Of a stretch of 64,000 bases of DNA, positions 50,045 through 61,433 are shown piece after piece. The notes below the pieces were generated by a model that ran no database searches, was not told the DNA's origin, and saw only the letters and a list, made by a program, of their open reading frames with translations. Origin of the DNA: Tetramitus jugosus (lineage: Eukaryota; Protista; Heterolobosea); NCBI GenBank assembly GCA_937625935.1, contig OW569374.1:186001-250000 (forward strand), in the 5' to 3' direction. Within the stretch, counting starts at the first letter, position 1, and the number at the start of each line of letters is the position of its first letter. The position numbers and the translations under genes are program-made.

Positions 50045-53000
50045 ATGAGTGAAAGCGATAAGCAGAAGCGTGCCGATGCCTTGAAAAACTTGGAGGCTGC
50101 CAGAAAGGGCCAGAAACGTATGGAGCAGTATGAAGATGGTGTTTCTGAGGGATCTGAAGATGAAAATGAAGCAACACTGGAAGAGCTTTTGGAAGAGAAA
50201 CGTTCAAGTATGTGTGTAACTATCTCGACAATTGTCAAAACCTCCCAGACCTATACATTTATTGACTCATTCACAATCATAACAACATAGAGAAGAGAAA
50301 GAAGAAGCCTGATGTTGTTTCACACGACATTTCAAAGTTTATGACTGCTCAGTCTGACTCGAATGCCATGGCCAATGTATCTCCACCACGTAAAAAACAG
50401 AGAAGTGAATCTGCTACTACTGAGAGAGATGAATTGTTGAGTGAGTTGGATGAGAGAAGAGGAAGAAGGATTTATGGTGAGGCATTCAATGATGTGGAGA
50501 AAGAGATAGTGCCCGTACCAAAAGATTTGCCACAAATTCCATGGTGTAAGATTCCTCAGAGAGACGAGACAAATCAATTGAAGTCTGTGACTACCAAAGA
50601 CAATCAACAAGCAGTAAGATTGTATTGGTTCGATGCTTCATGTGAAAGGTCAAACATTATTTATATGTTTGGTAAGGCAGAGACTACCAGTGGTCAATTA
50701 GTGAGTTGTTGTACCGTGATTGACGACATGATGAGAAATATTTATTTGTTACCAAAGCAATTTGTTGAAACCCCATTCGTGAGAGATTTAGCTCGCCCAT
50801 CAGAGGATGATGTGGCACTAGCAGAAGAACTAATGGGAGCTTTGGCTGATCTGTGTGATGCTCAGAATATTCAAAACCCTCGCATGAAGTTTGTTCGAAG
50901 AAAGTATGCATTCGAAGAACCTGGAGTGCCGTACGAAGAAAACACATATTTGAAGTTGTCATATCCTTACCGTGGAACTAACGAATTGAGACTACCTGCC
51001 AATCATTCCACTTTTTCAAAGATTTTCGGCGCTTCTCAGTCTGCATTGGAACTTCTGCTGCTCAAAAAGAGAATTAAGGGACCTTGTTGGTTAGATATCC
51101 ACGATTTGAGTGCAGCCGAAGATGCTAGAGATATGAAATCAATGGACATGATGGGAAGTCAGCATGGTACTTGGTGTCGCATGGAGCTCAAAACCAGCTG
51201 TGACAGAATCTTTGCATCCAATGATCAGAGTCGAGTCCCACACTTCACTGCTATGTCTATGAAGGTAAAAACTGTTTTGAATGAGAATAAGAAGGTGAAT
51301 GAAATTGTAGCCATCAGTGCTGTTGTTCATCGCAAGGTGGTTATTGATGGACCTACCCCTGATGTCGATGCTGGATTTGAAAAATTTGTGCTGGTTCGTA
51401 ATTTGGATTCATCTGATGATGCCTTGCCAATTTCAGAAGGAGAATCTGTATTGCCCAATGAGTTTTCACTTCTAAATTTGTTTATGAACAAGTTGCATCG
51501 CATTGATCCTGACATTATCATTGGTCACAACTTTTTGTCATATGATCTCGATGTACTGTTGCATAGAATGAAAGTCTTGAATGTGAGCACATGGTCAAAA
51601 CTTGGAAGACTTCGCTTGAGAAACTTTCCAAAATTACAATCAGGACCTGGTGGTATGTCTGAGTCCACAAGAGAAGAGAAAAGAGTGATGACTGGTCGTT
51701 TGGTTGTTGATACCTATTTATCAGCTAAAGAATATCTCAAAGAATCATCGTATGCATTGCTCGCTTTGGCTGTATCTCGTCTCGGTGCTGAGGAAATTAA
51801 GGAAGACATTGTGTTAGAGAATGATGTTTTTATCGTTAGAAACTATATTACAAAACAAGAAGGACTCACTTCCTTCGTTGCTCATCTGGAGTACAATAGT
51901 TTGATCGCATTGCGTCTAATGTTCAAGTTAAGTTTGCTGCCAATGACAAAAGAATTGACGAACATCGCTGGTAATCTATGGTCCAAAACATTAACCGGAT
52001 CTCGGTCTGATCGTGTTGAGCACCTTCTTCTCCATGAGTTCTACAACAGGAAATACATTGTACCGAACAAGACATTCAACACTGTCTTCTCCAATGCGAA
52101 AAGAAAGGCAGCTTACAGTGGAGGTTTGGTTTTGGAACCACAAAAAGGTCTCTATGACAAGTACGTGCTCCTTCTCGATTTTAATTCTCTCTATCCATCT
52201 ATTATTCTGGAAAATAATATTTGCTTCACGACCATTGAGCGACCTCGTAAAGAGATAACTGAGGAAGCAAACGTCACTAAAAAACCTGCTGTCAAGAATA
52301 ATACCAAACAACAACCAAAGAAAGACGAAAATAATGAAAATGAACATGATGATGTCGAAGAGCCAGAGTCTGGCGAAGCACCAGCGTTTGAAGCTCAACC
52401 ACCTGAACCGGGTTTGAAACAAGCTATTCTTCCGTCAATTATTGGAAGTCTACTTGACAAGAGAAGAAGTGCTAAGTATGAAATGGGTAAGGCCGCGAAA
52501 GACGGTGACAAAGTAAGAGAGTGGCAATACAACGTCAAGCAAAATGCCCTAAAATTGACAGCCAACAGTACTTATGGTTGCCTAGGTTTCCAATACTCTA
52601 GATTCTATTGTCAAGCAATGGCTGAACTTATCACTAGATTAGGAAGAGGTATCTTGAGAACAACGAAGGATCGAATTGAACAAAGCAAAGACATGGGATA
52701 CACAGTAGTTTATGGTGATACTGATTCAGTCATGGTTCTCACTCCATATGTCAAGTATGATGAGGCATATAAAGTTGGTGAACTAATTCAAGCAAGCATT
52801 AACAAAGGAAACAGATATCTAGAGATTGGTATTGATGGATTGTTTAGAAGAATCCTGCTTCTTAGAAAGAAGAAGTATGTCGCGATTGTGCACTCAAAAA
52901 AGGATGGACAGATTGTATCAACAATTGAGAACAAAGGTATTGATATGGTGAGAAGAGATTGGTGTGAACTCTCGAGAGATGTATCCCAGTTTTGTGTTGA

Positions 53001-54216
53001 CCAAATCCTGAAAACCTCAAACGCTGAAGAAGGTGATAATGATGACATTACAGCTGAAGATGTTGTTAATGCAATTCACCAGCATTTGAGAGAGGTGAAG
53101 GAAGAAGTACTTCAAGATCAGCTTCCTCTCAGCAAGTACATTATCACAAGAGGTTTGACAAAAGCCCCAGAGGACTACCCAGATGCTAGTCATCATCCTC
53201 ATGTACAAGTAGCATTTGATATGAAGAGAAGAAACATACCTGTGCGTGTGGGACAGCGTATTCCTTATGTCATATGTAGTAAGAGCACCAATCCAAACCC
53301 AAAGACAATCGCAGAGAGAGCCGTGCATCCACAGGTGTTTGAGGAAATGAACAAGAGAAGTCCAGGCACCTTTGTCATTGATGCTGAATGGTATCTATCT
53401 CAACAAGTGTTCCCGCCAGTCTTCCGTTTGTGCGAACACATGGAAGGTACTGATGCCAAGATGCTAGCAGATTGCCTCGGTCTTGACAAACAAAAATATA
53501 GTAGCAGTAGTAGTGCTTCATATGATGAAGTCAATGGCCACTTGGACTACATCATGATGAGTGATATGAACATGGATGATGACGACAAGTATAAGAGAGT
53601 GAAGATCAAACCAATTCGATGCTCAAGATGTGGACATGACTGTCATTTGAACATTGTGCAAAGACTGATTGATTTGGCCCCACAAGCCAAATCTGATCTG
53701 AAAGACTTTGCTCTATTTGAGTGCAACAGCTGTGGTAACAAGTTCTCCACTCCACAATTGACGAATTGGGCTCAAAAGAATGTTAGAGAGCAAATTCAGA
53801 GATACTACTCTGGATGGATGACAGTTCCGCACCACATTGTGAAGGCTGGTCTGGGTCAAAACAGAACAAGAGTTGCCTCCATGACACCAAAACATGGAAT
53901 TGTTGGTGGAATGATTGTTAGTGTACGTGAGGAATTTAGCGCTCAAGACTTACAATTGCACTTGCAGTATCTGATGCACATGTTTGATATCACTCGTGCA
54001 TTTACGAAAGCTGAAAAGCAAATCAAACAAAAACCAGACAGTTCGGAACTGGCTCCTCTGCTCAGAGTACTACAAGCATTACCCGACATTCAAGAAGCAG
54101 AAAAGAATTTGGCTACTGTGAGAAACAAGGTGCACAAGTTCTTACAAAAATCAGGTCGACAATGGGTTCAACTTGATGACTTGTTCGCTGCCATTTGCAA
54201 AGTCGCATACAACTAA
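50045..54216 (+). CDS. POLA1: DNA polymerase alpha catalytic subunit; exons 50045-50207, 50291-54216
   Basis: LLDFNSLYPSII, ALKLTANSTYGCLGF, YGDTDS, LLLRKKKY, GIDMVRRDW, YLSQQ; C-terminal primase-binding-like VQLDDLF. Intron 50208-50290. Confidence 0.97.
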
Positions 54217-54240
54217 GCTTCGTGCGATAAACAACAAGAT

Positions 54241-54630
54241 TTATTTATTCCCTCCAAATCCCAACCACTTGATCCATCTATACAACGTTTCGGCAACAAT
54301 CTCTTCAATCAGGGGAAACTCGTAGCCATAATAGTAGTCGGCACCAGCTTTCAAATCATCGGGAAGGTTTGTCGAAATTATCTTATTTCCTCGAATTCTG
54401 ACATGGCTGTCGTGATGCGTTACTTCGTCCTCATCGAACAGTATGTCATCTTCTTCGTGAAATATCTTCTCTCTGATGTGTTCTAACTTGTGTTCGATCT
54501 TTTGTTCTATACTGTCTCTATTCAGCAAATTATCTTCTTCATGCTTCTTTTCTTCTATGACCTTCTTCTCCAACTTCTTAGGAATTGGAGGCATATTGTC
54601 ATCAACCTCACTAGGAACTCTTTCAACCAT
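54241..54630 (-). CDS. Small hypothetical protein (about 129 aa, acidic, amphipathic C-terminus)
   Basis: ORF from ATG 54630 (aaaacATG context) fills the gap between POLA1 and the esterase gene. No recognised domain. Confidence 0.6.
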   Translation of the reverse strand: MVERVPSEVDDNMPPIPKKLEKKVIEEKKHEEDNLLNRDSIEQKIEHKLEHIREKIFHEEDDILFDEDEVTHHDSHVRIRGNKIISTNLPDDLKAGADYYYGYEFPLIEEIVAETLYRWIKWLGFGGNK

Positions 54631-54782
54631 GTTTTTGGGATAGTTGTTTGTTCTTTTTTGTTTGTATTCTTTTTTCGATGCCTGAATAACCCTTTTGATC
54701 GCTAGATCATTGACTGCAGCGATCAACCAAAAATATCATCAGGATACCTTACAAAAATCCATCGTATACAACGAAAAAAACC

Positions 54783-56267
54783 ATGTTGAACAAGATATTG
54801 AAACTGCATAACAAAGCTCCTACTAACATTCCCTCACTGATTGCCAAGCATGCCAAGCCCCTTGTCCACTATGACTCTATTCTGTCGTGCATCGGAGATG
54901 GCACACAAGTAGTTCTCATTGGCGAAGCGTCTCATGGTACGCGAGAGTTCTATCAGATACGATCTGAAATTACAAAGCGATTGATACAAGACAAGGGATA
55001 CACCATCGTAGCAGTGGAAGCAGACTGGCCAGATGCTTATCGAGTCAACCAATACGTTCGTTCTCATATTGAAACAGGAGATAAGAATGCGGAGAGAAGT
55101 TTACACAACTTTCAGAGGTTTCCTCGATGGATGTGGCGAAACGAAGTGCTAGTTCCCTTCATTGAATGGCTGAGAGAACACAATGCCAAAATTAACTCCC
55201 CAGCTGATGAAGCTGGGTTTTATGGACTGGATTTGTACAGCTTAAATTCATCAAGAGAAGAAGTATTAAAGTATTTGAATACTGTGGATCCACAATTGGC
55301 TGATCAAGCGCGCAAGCATTATGCTTGTTTCAACCGATTCAGTAACGACAATGGTGTCTATGGACTCAAGACAGGATTAGGCTTCAGTACTTCGTGCGAA
55401 AAACAGGTTCTCCAAGTACTCAAAGACATGCTCCAGAAACATGCACAGTTGATGGCTCACCACAACACCACATCAGAAGGAAAACCTGGATTGTGGGAAC
55501 AAGATCAGTACTTTTATGCCAAGCATAATGCAATTCTCGTGGCTGATGCAGAAGTGTACTATCGAAACATGTATGTGCAAGGTGCCAATACATGGAACAT
55601 CAGGGACAAGCACATGTGTAATACTTTGATGGGTCTCATTGAAGACTTGAGTGATCAGAGCCGTGTTTCAAAAACACAGAGGAAGGCTGTGGTCTGGGCC
55701 CACAATAGCCACATTGGAGATTCCTTCTACACGGAAGTGAGTGACAGAGGTGAATACAATATTGGTCAGCTGGCACGAGAGAACTTTGGCCTAGATCGTA
55801 CCTTCAATATCGGGTTTATCACCCACCATGGTTCAGTTACTGCAGCTCACAATTGGGACGAAGATCCTCACCACATGAAGGTGCGAAAGGGTTTGGATGG
55901 ATCGTATGAGCAGTTGTTTCATGATGCTCTGGAAGTAATGAGAATGGAGAACAAGGATCCCAAGATGAACAAGTTCCTGCTGAACTTCAGAAGTAACAAC
56001 AAAAGTGAAAATACCGAGGATCATGTAGCTTCTCAAGAAGTCATTGATGCATTAGAAAGGAGAAGACTTCAAAGAATGATTGTAGTTCTTTACAAGCCTG
56101 AAACTGAGAGAAGTAGTCATTATATGCATTGCAGTATTCCTAAACAATTTGACTCAGTTATCCATATTGATCGAACGCATGCTTTAGAACCACTGGAAGT
56201 GCATCCCCAGTGGCTCGAAGCAGCAAAGAGAGATCTTATTCCAGAAACATATCCAACTGGAATGTAA
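54783..56267 (+). CDS. Erythromycin esterase family protein (Ere/TIKI superfamily)
   Basis: VVLIGEASHGTREFY, VAVEADWPDAYRVN, FPRWMWRN, FYGLDLYSL, WNIRDKHM, VVWAHNSHIGD, PETERSSHY, QFD, PETYPTG. Confidence 0.92.
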   Translation: MLNKILKLHNKAPTNIPSLIAKHAKPLVHYDSILSCIGDGTQVVLIGEASHGTREFYQIRSEITKRLIQDKGYTIVAVEADWPDAYRVNQYVRSHIETGDKNAERSLHNFQRFPRWMWRNEVLVPFIEWLREHNAKINSPADEAGFYGLDLYSLNSSREEVLKYLNTVDPQLADQARKHYACFNRFSNDNGVYGLKTGLGFSTSCEKQVLQVLKDMLQKHAQLMAHHNTTSEGKPGLWEQDQYFYAKHNAILVADAEVYYRNMYVQGANTWNIRDKHMCNTLMGLIEDLSDQSRVSKTQRKAVVWAHNSHIGDSFYTEVSDRGEYNIGQLARENFGLDRTFNIGFITHHGSVTAAHNWDEDPHHMKVRKGLDGSYEQLFHDALEVMRMENKDPKMNKFLLNFRSNNKSENTEDHVASQEVIDALERRRLQRMIVVLYKPETERSSHYMHCSIPKQFDSVIHIDRTHALEPLEVHPQWLEAAKRDLIPETYPTGM

Positions 56268-56283
56268 TCAAATTAAACTTTGT

Positions 56284-57207
56284 CTAACGATTCTGCTTGT
56301 TCTCCCTGACTCCATTGGAGTGTACTCCAGACAACGCTCCATTCTTGATCAATCGGTGATCTAACTTTGATATGGCAGCAATTTGATCTACTCTTTCAGA
56401 GGGAGACATGATCGCATCTGTATTCAGCTCTCTCAAGAGAGGATTCTTTCTCTTATTGTTAACGTCAACTCTACGAGAACTAAGTTTTTGGCTCCTCTCA
56501 TCCACAGCGTCTGCCCATGTCTGACCTAGCACTTTCAGTTTTTGTTCTCTGTGCAACCTCTGTATCGAAAATAGAGTGTTCATCTCGACTGGATTATTAC
56601 TCAGACATGTTTGCCGTCTTGGCAATGAAGGATGTAGATGGCTAAAATTTTCACATATGAAAAGATATCGATCCTTGATCTCCTTTGTTGTAACTGATTT
56701 GACGGAAGGAAAGAAAAAGCCCTTGAACGTATGACATATCATGAACCAATTCAACTTGGATATATCCATAACCATAGATTCACAGACATGTCTTTGTACG
56801 AGGTGATACAGGGTTTCGTCTTCATATCTTGTCCACTCCACCTTGTTTTGATTTTGCATGGGATTTTTGTTACCTAAGGTTGCACCGAGAAGGGATTCAG
56901 ATGTCTGATGCTCAGAGCTACTTTCATTGGAACTTATCTCGCTCAGTGCTACTCTGGGATATTTTTGAGATTTCGGCTGTATAGATAGAGTCGAATTCTT
57001 GGTCAGCAACTTCTGATCAGTTGAATGATTGAGTTGTGTTACATTCTGTCCTTTCACTGTGTGCCCTGCAATGAAGCATGATCTTGTGTAAAGAGTGGAT
57101 GGGTGTAATCTTGATTGCTTGCTGCTTATGTTTTGATCAGCAGATGTGGAGCTATTGCTGGAACTACTTCCCTTGGTATTATTGGACTTCTCAGGTATTA
57201 TTTGCAT
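56284..57207 (-). CDS. Single Myb/SANT-like domain protein
   Basis: WTRYEDETLYHLVQRH...NWFMI...TTKEIKDRY. Confidence 0.65.
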   Translation of the reverse strand: MQIIPEKSNNTKGSSSSNSSTSADQNISSKQSRLHPSTLYTRSCFIAGHTVKGQNVTQLNHSTDQKLLTKNSTLSIQPKSQKYPRVALSEISSNESSSEHQTSESLLGATLGNKNPMQNQNKVEWTRYEDETLYHLVQRHVCESMVMDISKLNWFMICHTFKGFFFPSVKSVTTKEIKDRYLFICENFSHLHPSLPRRQTCLSNNPVEMNTLFSIQRLHREQKLKVLGQTWADAVDERSQKLSSRRVDVNNKRKNPLLRELNTDAIMSPSERVDQIAAISKLDHRLIKNGALSGVHSNGVRENKQNR

Positions 57208-57270
57208 AGCACCAAATACTAGTTGTTAGCTTCCTCACTGATTTTTGTCTCGTGTGTGGCGCGAATACAA

Positions 57271-59454
57271 CTATGAGCGGAGAATTAGAAAATGCTCATT
57301 GGTGTCTTGGTTGATGGAGACACAATAGGATTTGAATATGAGATTCTTGATCGCAGGTCCTACAGCATTGGATGGATTTGCGACATAGAGATAACCGTCA
57401 TCCTTCACATTAAAAAGATCAGCCATAAAAGGAGAGATGAATATCGTGGGTTGCACCTGCTCGTGCTGCTCTGGTTTGATTCGGCAAGGAACTTTATGAA
57501 CTTGCCTATACACACCAAACTCGACAACAACAAAGAGTGAACTAATAGATGTAAGAGAGGAATATTTCACTCTCATCTGCCGTAAAACGTGACTGAGACT
57601 GATCACAGCCAATGGAAATTGACCCCTAGTAACAGCAAATGTGACGTTGCTCAATGACAATCCAATTGCAGTATGGATACTAACCAAACTACAATGTGTA
57701 TGATCAATGATTTGAGCATCCGTCTCATTAATCGCCAATCTATCAAACTGAGGAGAACTCAAATATAGGACACTGAATTTTGACTTGTAATCCAAACACA
57801 CTGACAATAGGACTCGATTCTGCAGTTGTAATACTGAATCTCCATTGCTCAATAGCTGTTGGTCACCATTGGACTCAATTGAATGAACACTGAAAATGAA
57901 ATCCCTCCATCTCATCCGTTTGTGAAACTGCAGTGTCAATGTGCTTGTGTGTTGTTGATTTTCATTACTCTCGTCCATAAAATAATCAGAAAATGAAACT
58001 CCATTGCCCAAGTGATAATACAAGGAAAAACTCTGACAAGTTTTCTCGATTGGATTTCTCCAGTGTAATTGATCAACAGTCTCGCTCACGTTTTGGTTGT
58101 ATTGCTCATCAACAACACGTGAGAAATGATCAGAACTAGTGAATTGCTCCGTTTGGATTACAACTTGTGGAGACATTGATAAATGATTGGGGAGGATAAG
58201 AGGCCTGCCCTGATAGAACAAGCATCCAAAATGTCTAATAAAATCATGTCCTAAATATCCAATGCCTTGTCCATTCACTTTCACTCCACGAGAGACACTT
58301 TGCTGGTTTACCGTATCATCACTGGTGGGTGATGATATCAAAGATATCAGAGCAATGCATCTCTCTGTGTCATGTGTACGCTGCTGATGAATCATTGATT
58401 CATCAAAAACAACATCATCAACAACGTGTGCTCCTCTGTGAGGTAACACTGTTTTGGGCCTCACAGTAGACACCAAACACGGAACATGATACTCTTCTAA
58501 TAAATGAACCGTTGATGGATGATGCGAGCCATTATCTAGTTGTTGTTCATCAATCATACTACTATTGAGAGCAGTAATATGATACAGGGATACCTTGATC
58601 GTCATGTAGAGTTGACAATAGGAAGTCATGTGTTGGATCAATGGCATGAAAAACAATGGTCTATGTGCGAGTGGTGATGGATTGAATTGAATGAAATGAT
58701 TGGGCATCATAGATCTCCTACCCATGTAGCACTTGGATAACTCGGATGGAAAGATACTCCACAGTACTGGCATCACATGATGCTGCACTGTTGAATGACT
58801 TTTTGTGCTGTGTGGAATGATGAATCGATGATGATGATGATGATGTTGTTGATGTTGATTCACTCTTGCGTCGTAATCTATTGTTTGATAGGGAATCACT
58901 TGATAACGAATCATTCTCAGTACACATCTCACTCGAATACTATGATGATTATCACTATTATGATGATGATTAGATGGTGGTAGTGATGGTGGTGGAGTGA
59001 ATGATATCGTATAAATCTTTTCGTCTTCGATTCGATTGAACTGTAACAACTGATGACCCATTGAATAATGAATCATTGAATACTCCAATTCAGTGTTCCA
59101 TATCATGCACATGGGCACAACAACAACAGTTGGTGATACTAATGATGATGATGATAATACTGATGTAGATGATGATGATGATTGATGAGAGTGTTGTGTT
59201 AATTGTGCACATATGGGTATGCATGTGTTGATGCATGAGCTTGTGGTGGATGATAGTGCTTGCACTTTCATCCAATCAAATGATGGTCGGAATGATGATT
59301 GATACCATTGATTCCACAATTGTCTCTGTTGTTGTTGATGTGATCGCTTCTGTTTGTCTTGTTGCTGTTGTTGTTGAGCAGTAAATGCAGCAGAGATTGG
59401 GATGTGATCCTTGAACCATTGCTCCCATTGGAGTTGCACCTGCCAGTCGTTCAT
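57271..59454 (-). CDS. Hypothetical protein (727 aa)
   Basis: Long ATG-initiated uninterrupted ORF; low-complexity N-half, beta-rich C-half; no confident domain. Confidence 0.65.
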   Translation of the reverse strand: MNDWQVQLQWEQWFKDHIPISAAFTAQQQQQQDKQKRSHQQQQRQLWNQWYQSSFRPSFDWMKVQALSSTTSSCINTCIPICAQLTQHSHQSSSSSTSVLSSSSLVSPTVVVVPMCMIWNTELEYSMIHYSMGHQLLQFNRIEDEKIYTISFTPPPSLPPSNHHHNSDNHHSIRVRCVLRMIRYQVIPYQTIDYDARVNQHQQHHHHHHRFIIPHSTKSHSTVQHHVMPVLWSIFPSELSKCYMGRRSMMPNHFIQFNPSPLAHRPLFFMPLIQHMTSYCQLYMTIKVSLYHITALNSSMIDEQQLDNGSHHPSTVHLLEEYHVPCLVSTVRPKTVLPHRGAHVVDDVVFDESMIHQQRTHDTERCIALISLISSPTSDDTVNQQSVSRGVKVNGQGIGYLGHDFIRHFGCLFYQGRPLILPNHLSMSPQVVIQTEQFTSSDHFSRVVDEQYNQNVSETVDQLHWRNPIEKTCQSFSLYYHLGNGVSFSDYFMDESNENQQHTSTLTLQFHKRMRWRDFIFSVHSIESNGDQQLLSNGDSVLQLQNRVLLSVCLDYKSKFSVLYLSSPQFDRLAINETDAQIIDHTHCSLVSIHTAIGLSLSNVTFAVTRGQFPLAVISLSHVLRQMRVKYSSLTSISSLFVVVEFGVYRQVHKVPCRIKPEQHEQVQPTIFISPFMADLFNVKDDGYLYVANPSNAVGPAIKNLIFKSYCVSINQDTNEHFLILRS

Positions 59455-59640
59455 TCAAACAGTGCATTCACGTCGTTTGTCTTGTTCACTCGAATGTTGT
59501 TGTCGGGTAGGAGAAAACAAGAACAATTGCCCGCCGGTTCAACATTTTTCACACGACGAAATTCAAGAGTTACAAACAGTTTCAAACAACAACAACAACA
59601 ACCAAACAAACAAACAAACTAAGAAGAAATCGAAAAAACC

Positions 59641-59982
59641 ATGTTCAAAATTGCAAAGACAATCATTGCCAACACAAACGTGAAAACCGCACAAAAGTTG
59701 ATCACCAATCCAAAATTGTCCTACTCGACAGTTCAAAAATTTGAACCTCCAAGAGACTTGGAATACGCAAAGGATCACTTTGATGAATTATGGAATAATA
59801 ACATGTTTGGAAGTTGGATGAATGATTTACCAGACGAAGCAGAGAATGACTCTGATGACTATGACTACTTGAATGATCATGACATGAATTTGTTGAATCG
59901 TGAGTATGAAAGAGAGAGTATTGAATCATACAAGAATACTCAACCAGAGATTAAGTTGAATAAACCTAGAGGTATGATATAG
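59641..59982 (+). CDS. Small hypothetical protein with mitochondrial-presequence-like N-terminus
   Basis: aaaccATG context; basic, acid-free N-terminus followed by an acidic region. A possible terminal intron 59972-60067 (gtatga...ctgac...tttag) would move the stop to 60072. Confidence 0.65.
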   Translation: MFKIAKTIIANTNVKTAQKLITNPKLSYSTVQKFEPPRDLEYAKDHFDELWNNNMFGSWMNDLPDEAENDSDDYDYLNDHDMNLLNREYERESIESYKNTQPEIKLNKPRGMI

Positions 59983-60158
59983 ATGATGATTTGTGTGTGT
60001 GTTTGCTTATTGGTGTGTATGTGTGAATCGTGTTGTTGTTGACGACTGACTGATGATGATTTTTTAGCTTAAATGCTAATTTCCAAAATCCTTTGATTTT
60101 CATTCTTGTCTTCATCTTTTTTTTTAAACTACTTTTGTTTCTTTATTTGAATGATTCA

Positions 60159-61433
60159 ATGACTTGTGAATGTCGCGCACCTCCAGTCAATTCAACAAGT
60201 GATTCTCTTCCCGCTGTAGAATCATTGTTGGCTGCCACTGCAACTGCCGCAACAGCTTCAACAGCATCAACAACATTATCAGAGAAAAAGAGTGAGAGCA
60301 ATGCAGCAAGTACTACAATTGATCAAGTCATTGTGCCCAAGTCATTCGATGACTGTAGATTGGATCGCTTCTTGAAATCACATTACAAATCAGAACATAA
60401 TACGCACGTCTCTGTCACTCAAATTCAAAAATCCATGAGAAAAAAGCAAATTTTGGTCAACGGGAAAGCGATCGTAGAACCAAATGCGCGCGTTTTAAAA
60501 AACGATCAAATCTCCGTTCCTCACTCCATGGTGCCCCAATTGTTTTGTAAGGATACAATAGACGCATCCAACAGGACTCATATACCTGTTGAGAAGAAGA
60601 AGAACCTTCAATTGACTCCTAGTCAAGTAAGCGATATTCAATCATGGGTTCTGTTCAAGAATGAAGAAGTTATTGTGATCAACAAACCAACTGGTCTCGC
60701 TGTTCAAGGTGGTTCGAAACAAAAGCTCTATGTCGACGGTATGCTCCACGCACTTCGTTTCGACAATGCAGAAGATCCAAAGTTAGTTCACAGGTTAGAC
60801 AAGGACACGAGTGGTGTGTTGGTGTTGGCCCGCAGCAGACAAGGCGCTCACAGAATGCAACAATGGCTCATGGACAAGAGCTTAGGTCTCAAGAAGTGTT
60901 ATTGGTGTGTCGTGTCCGGCAAGCCAAAGCCCAGCGCTGGTCGAATTAAGAACTTTGTGGAAAAGGTGAGCACGAAGGCCTTTGGTGAAAAAGTCTATGT
61001 TCAACCAGAGAAGACTGACAATGCTAAATTGGCAATTACGGAATACAAGTTGATTGAGAGTGTAGGTGAGAGCATATCATGGTTGGCCATGTATCCAATG
61101 ACGGGAAGATTGCATCAATTGAGAGTGCACTGTGCCACAACTCTGAACACACCAATATTGGGTGATGAAAAGTATGGCAGTGGATTGCCTGACAGTTTGA
61201 GATCGATGCTCTCTGATTCAACTGAACGGTTAGGAACAGATGTAGAGACTCGTATCGAAAAGAAGAGAAGAGAAGTTCCATTGCACTTGCATGCAAGAGC
61301 CATGACTCTGCCCTACTTTGACAGCAAGGGTCAACGGATCATTGTCACCGCACCCATTCCAAAGCACATGAAGGAGACAATGGATGTATTTGGTTTCTCT
61401 GAGAAAACTGGAAACAAACAAACTTTCAAGTAG
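60159..61433 (+). CDS. RluA-family pseudouridine synthase with S4 domain (RluC/RluD-like)
   Basis: S4 domain (RLDRFLK...ILVNGK), NKPTGLAVQGG, catalytic VHRLDKDTSG, TGRLHQLRVH, PILGDEKYG, LHLHA. First ATG is at 60159. Confidence 0.93.
   Translation: MTCECRAPPVNSTSDSLPAVESLLAATATAATASTASTTLSEKKSESNAASTTIDQVIVPKSFDDCRLDRFLKSHYKSEHNTHVSVTQIQKSMRKKQILVNGKAIVEPNARVLKNDQISVPHSMVPQLFCKDTIDASNRTHIPVEKKKNLQLTPSQVSDIQSWVLFKNEEVIVINKPTGLAVQGGSKQKLYVDGMLHALRFDNAEDPKLVHRLDKDTSGVLVLARSRQGAHRMQQWLMDKSLGLKKCYWCVVSGKPKPSAGRIKNFVEKVSTKAFGEKVYVQPEKTDNAKLAITEYKLIESVGESISWLAMYPMTGRLHQLRVHCATTLNTPILGDEKYGSGLPDSLRSMLSDSTERLGTDVETRIEKKRREVPLHLHARAMTLPYFDSKGQRIIVTAPIPKHMKETMDVFGFSEKTGNKQTFK

Noticed and set aside
59983-60053. 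Box C (ATGATGA) and box D (CTGA) pattern in the putative terminal intron
   Set aside because: The interior is TG/TTG low-complexity sequence, GAT repeats create box C by chance, and CTGAC is better explained as a branch point.
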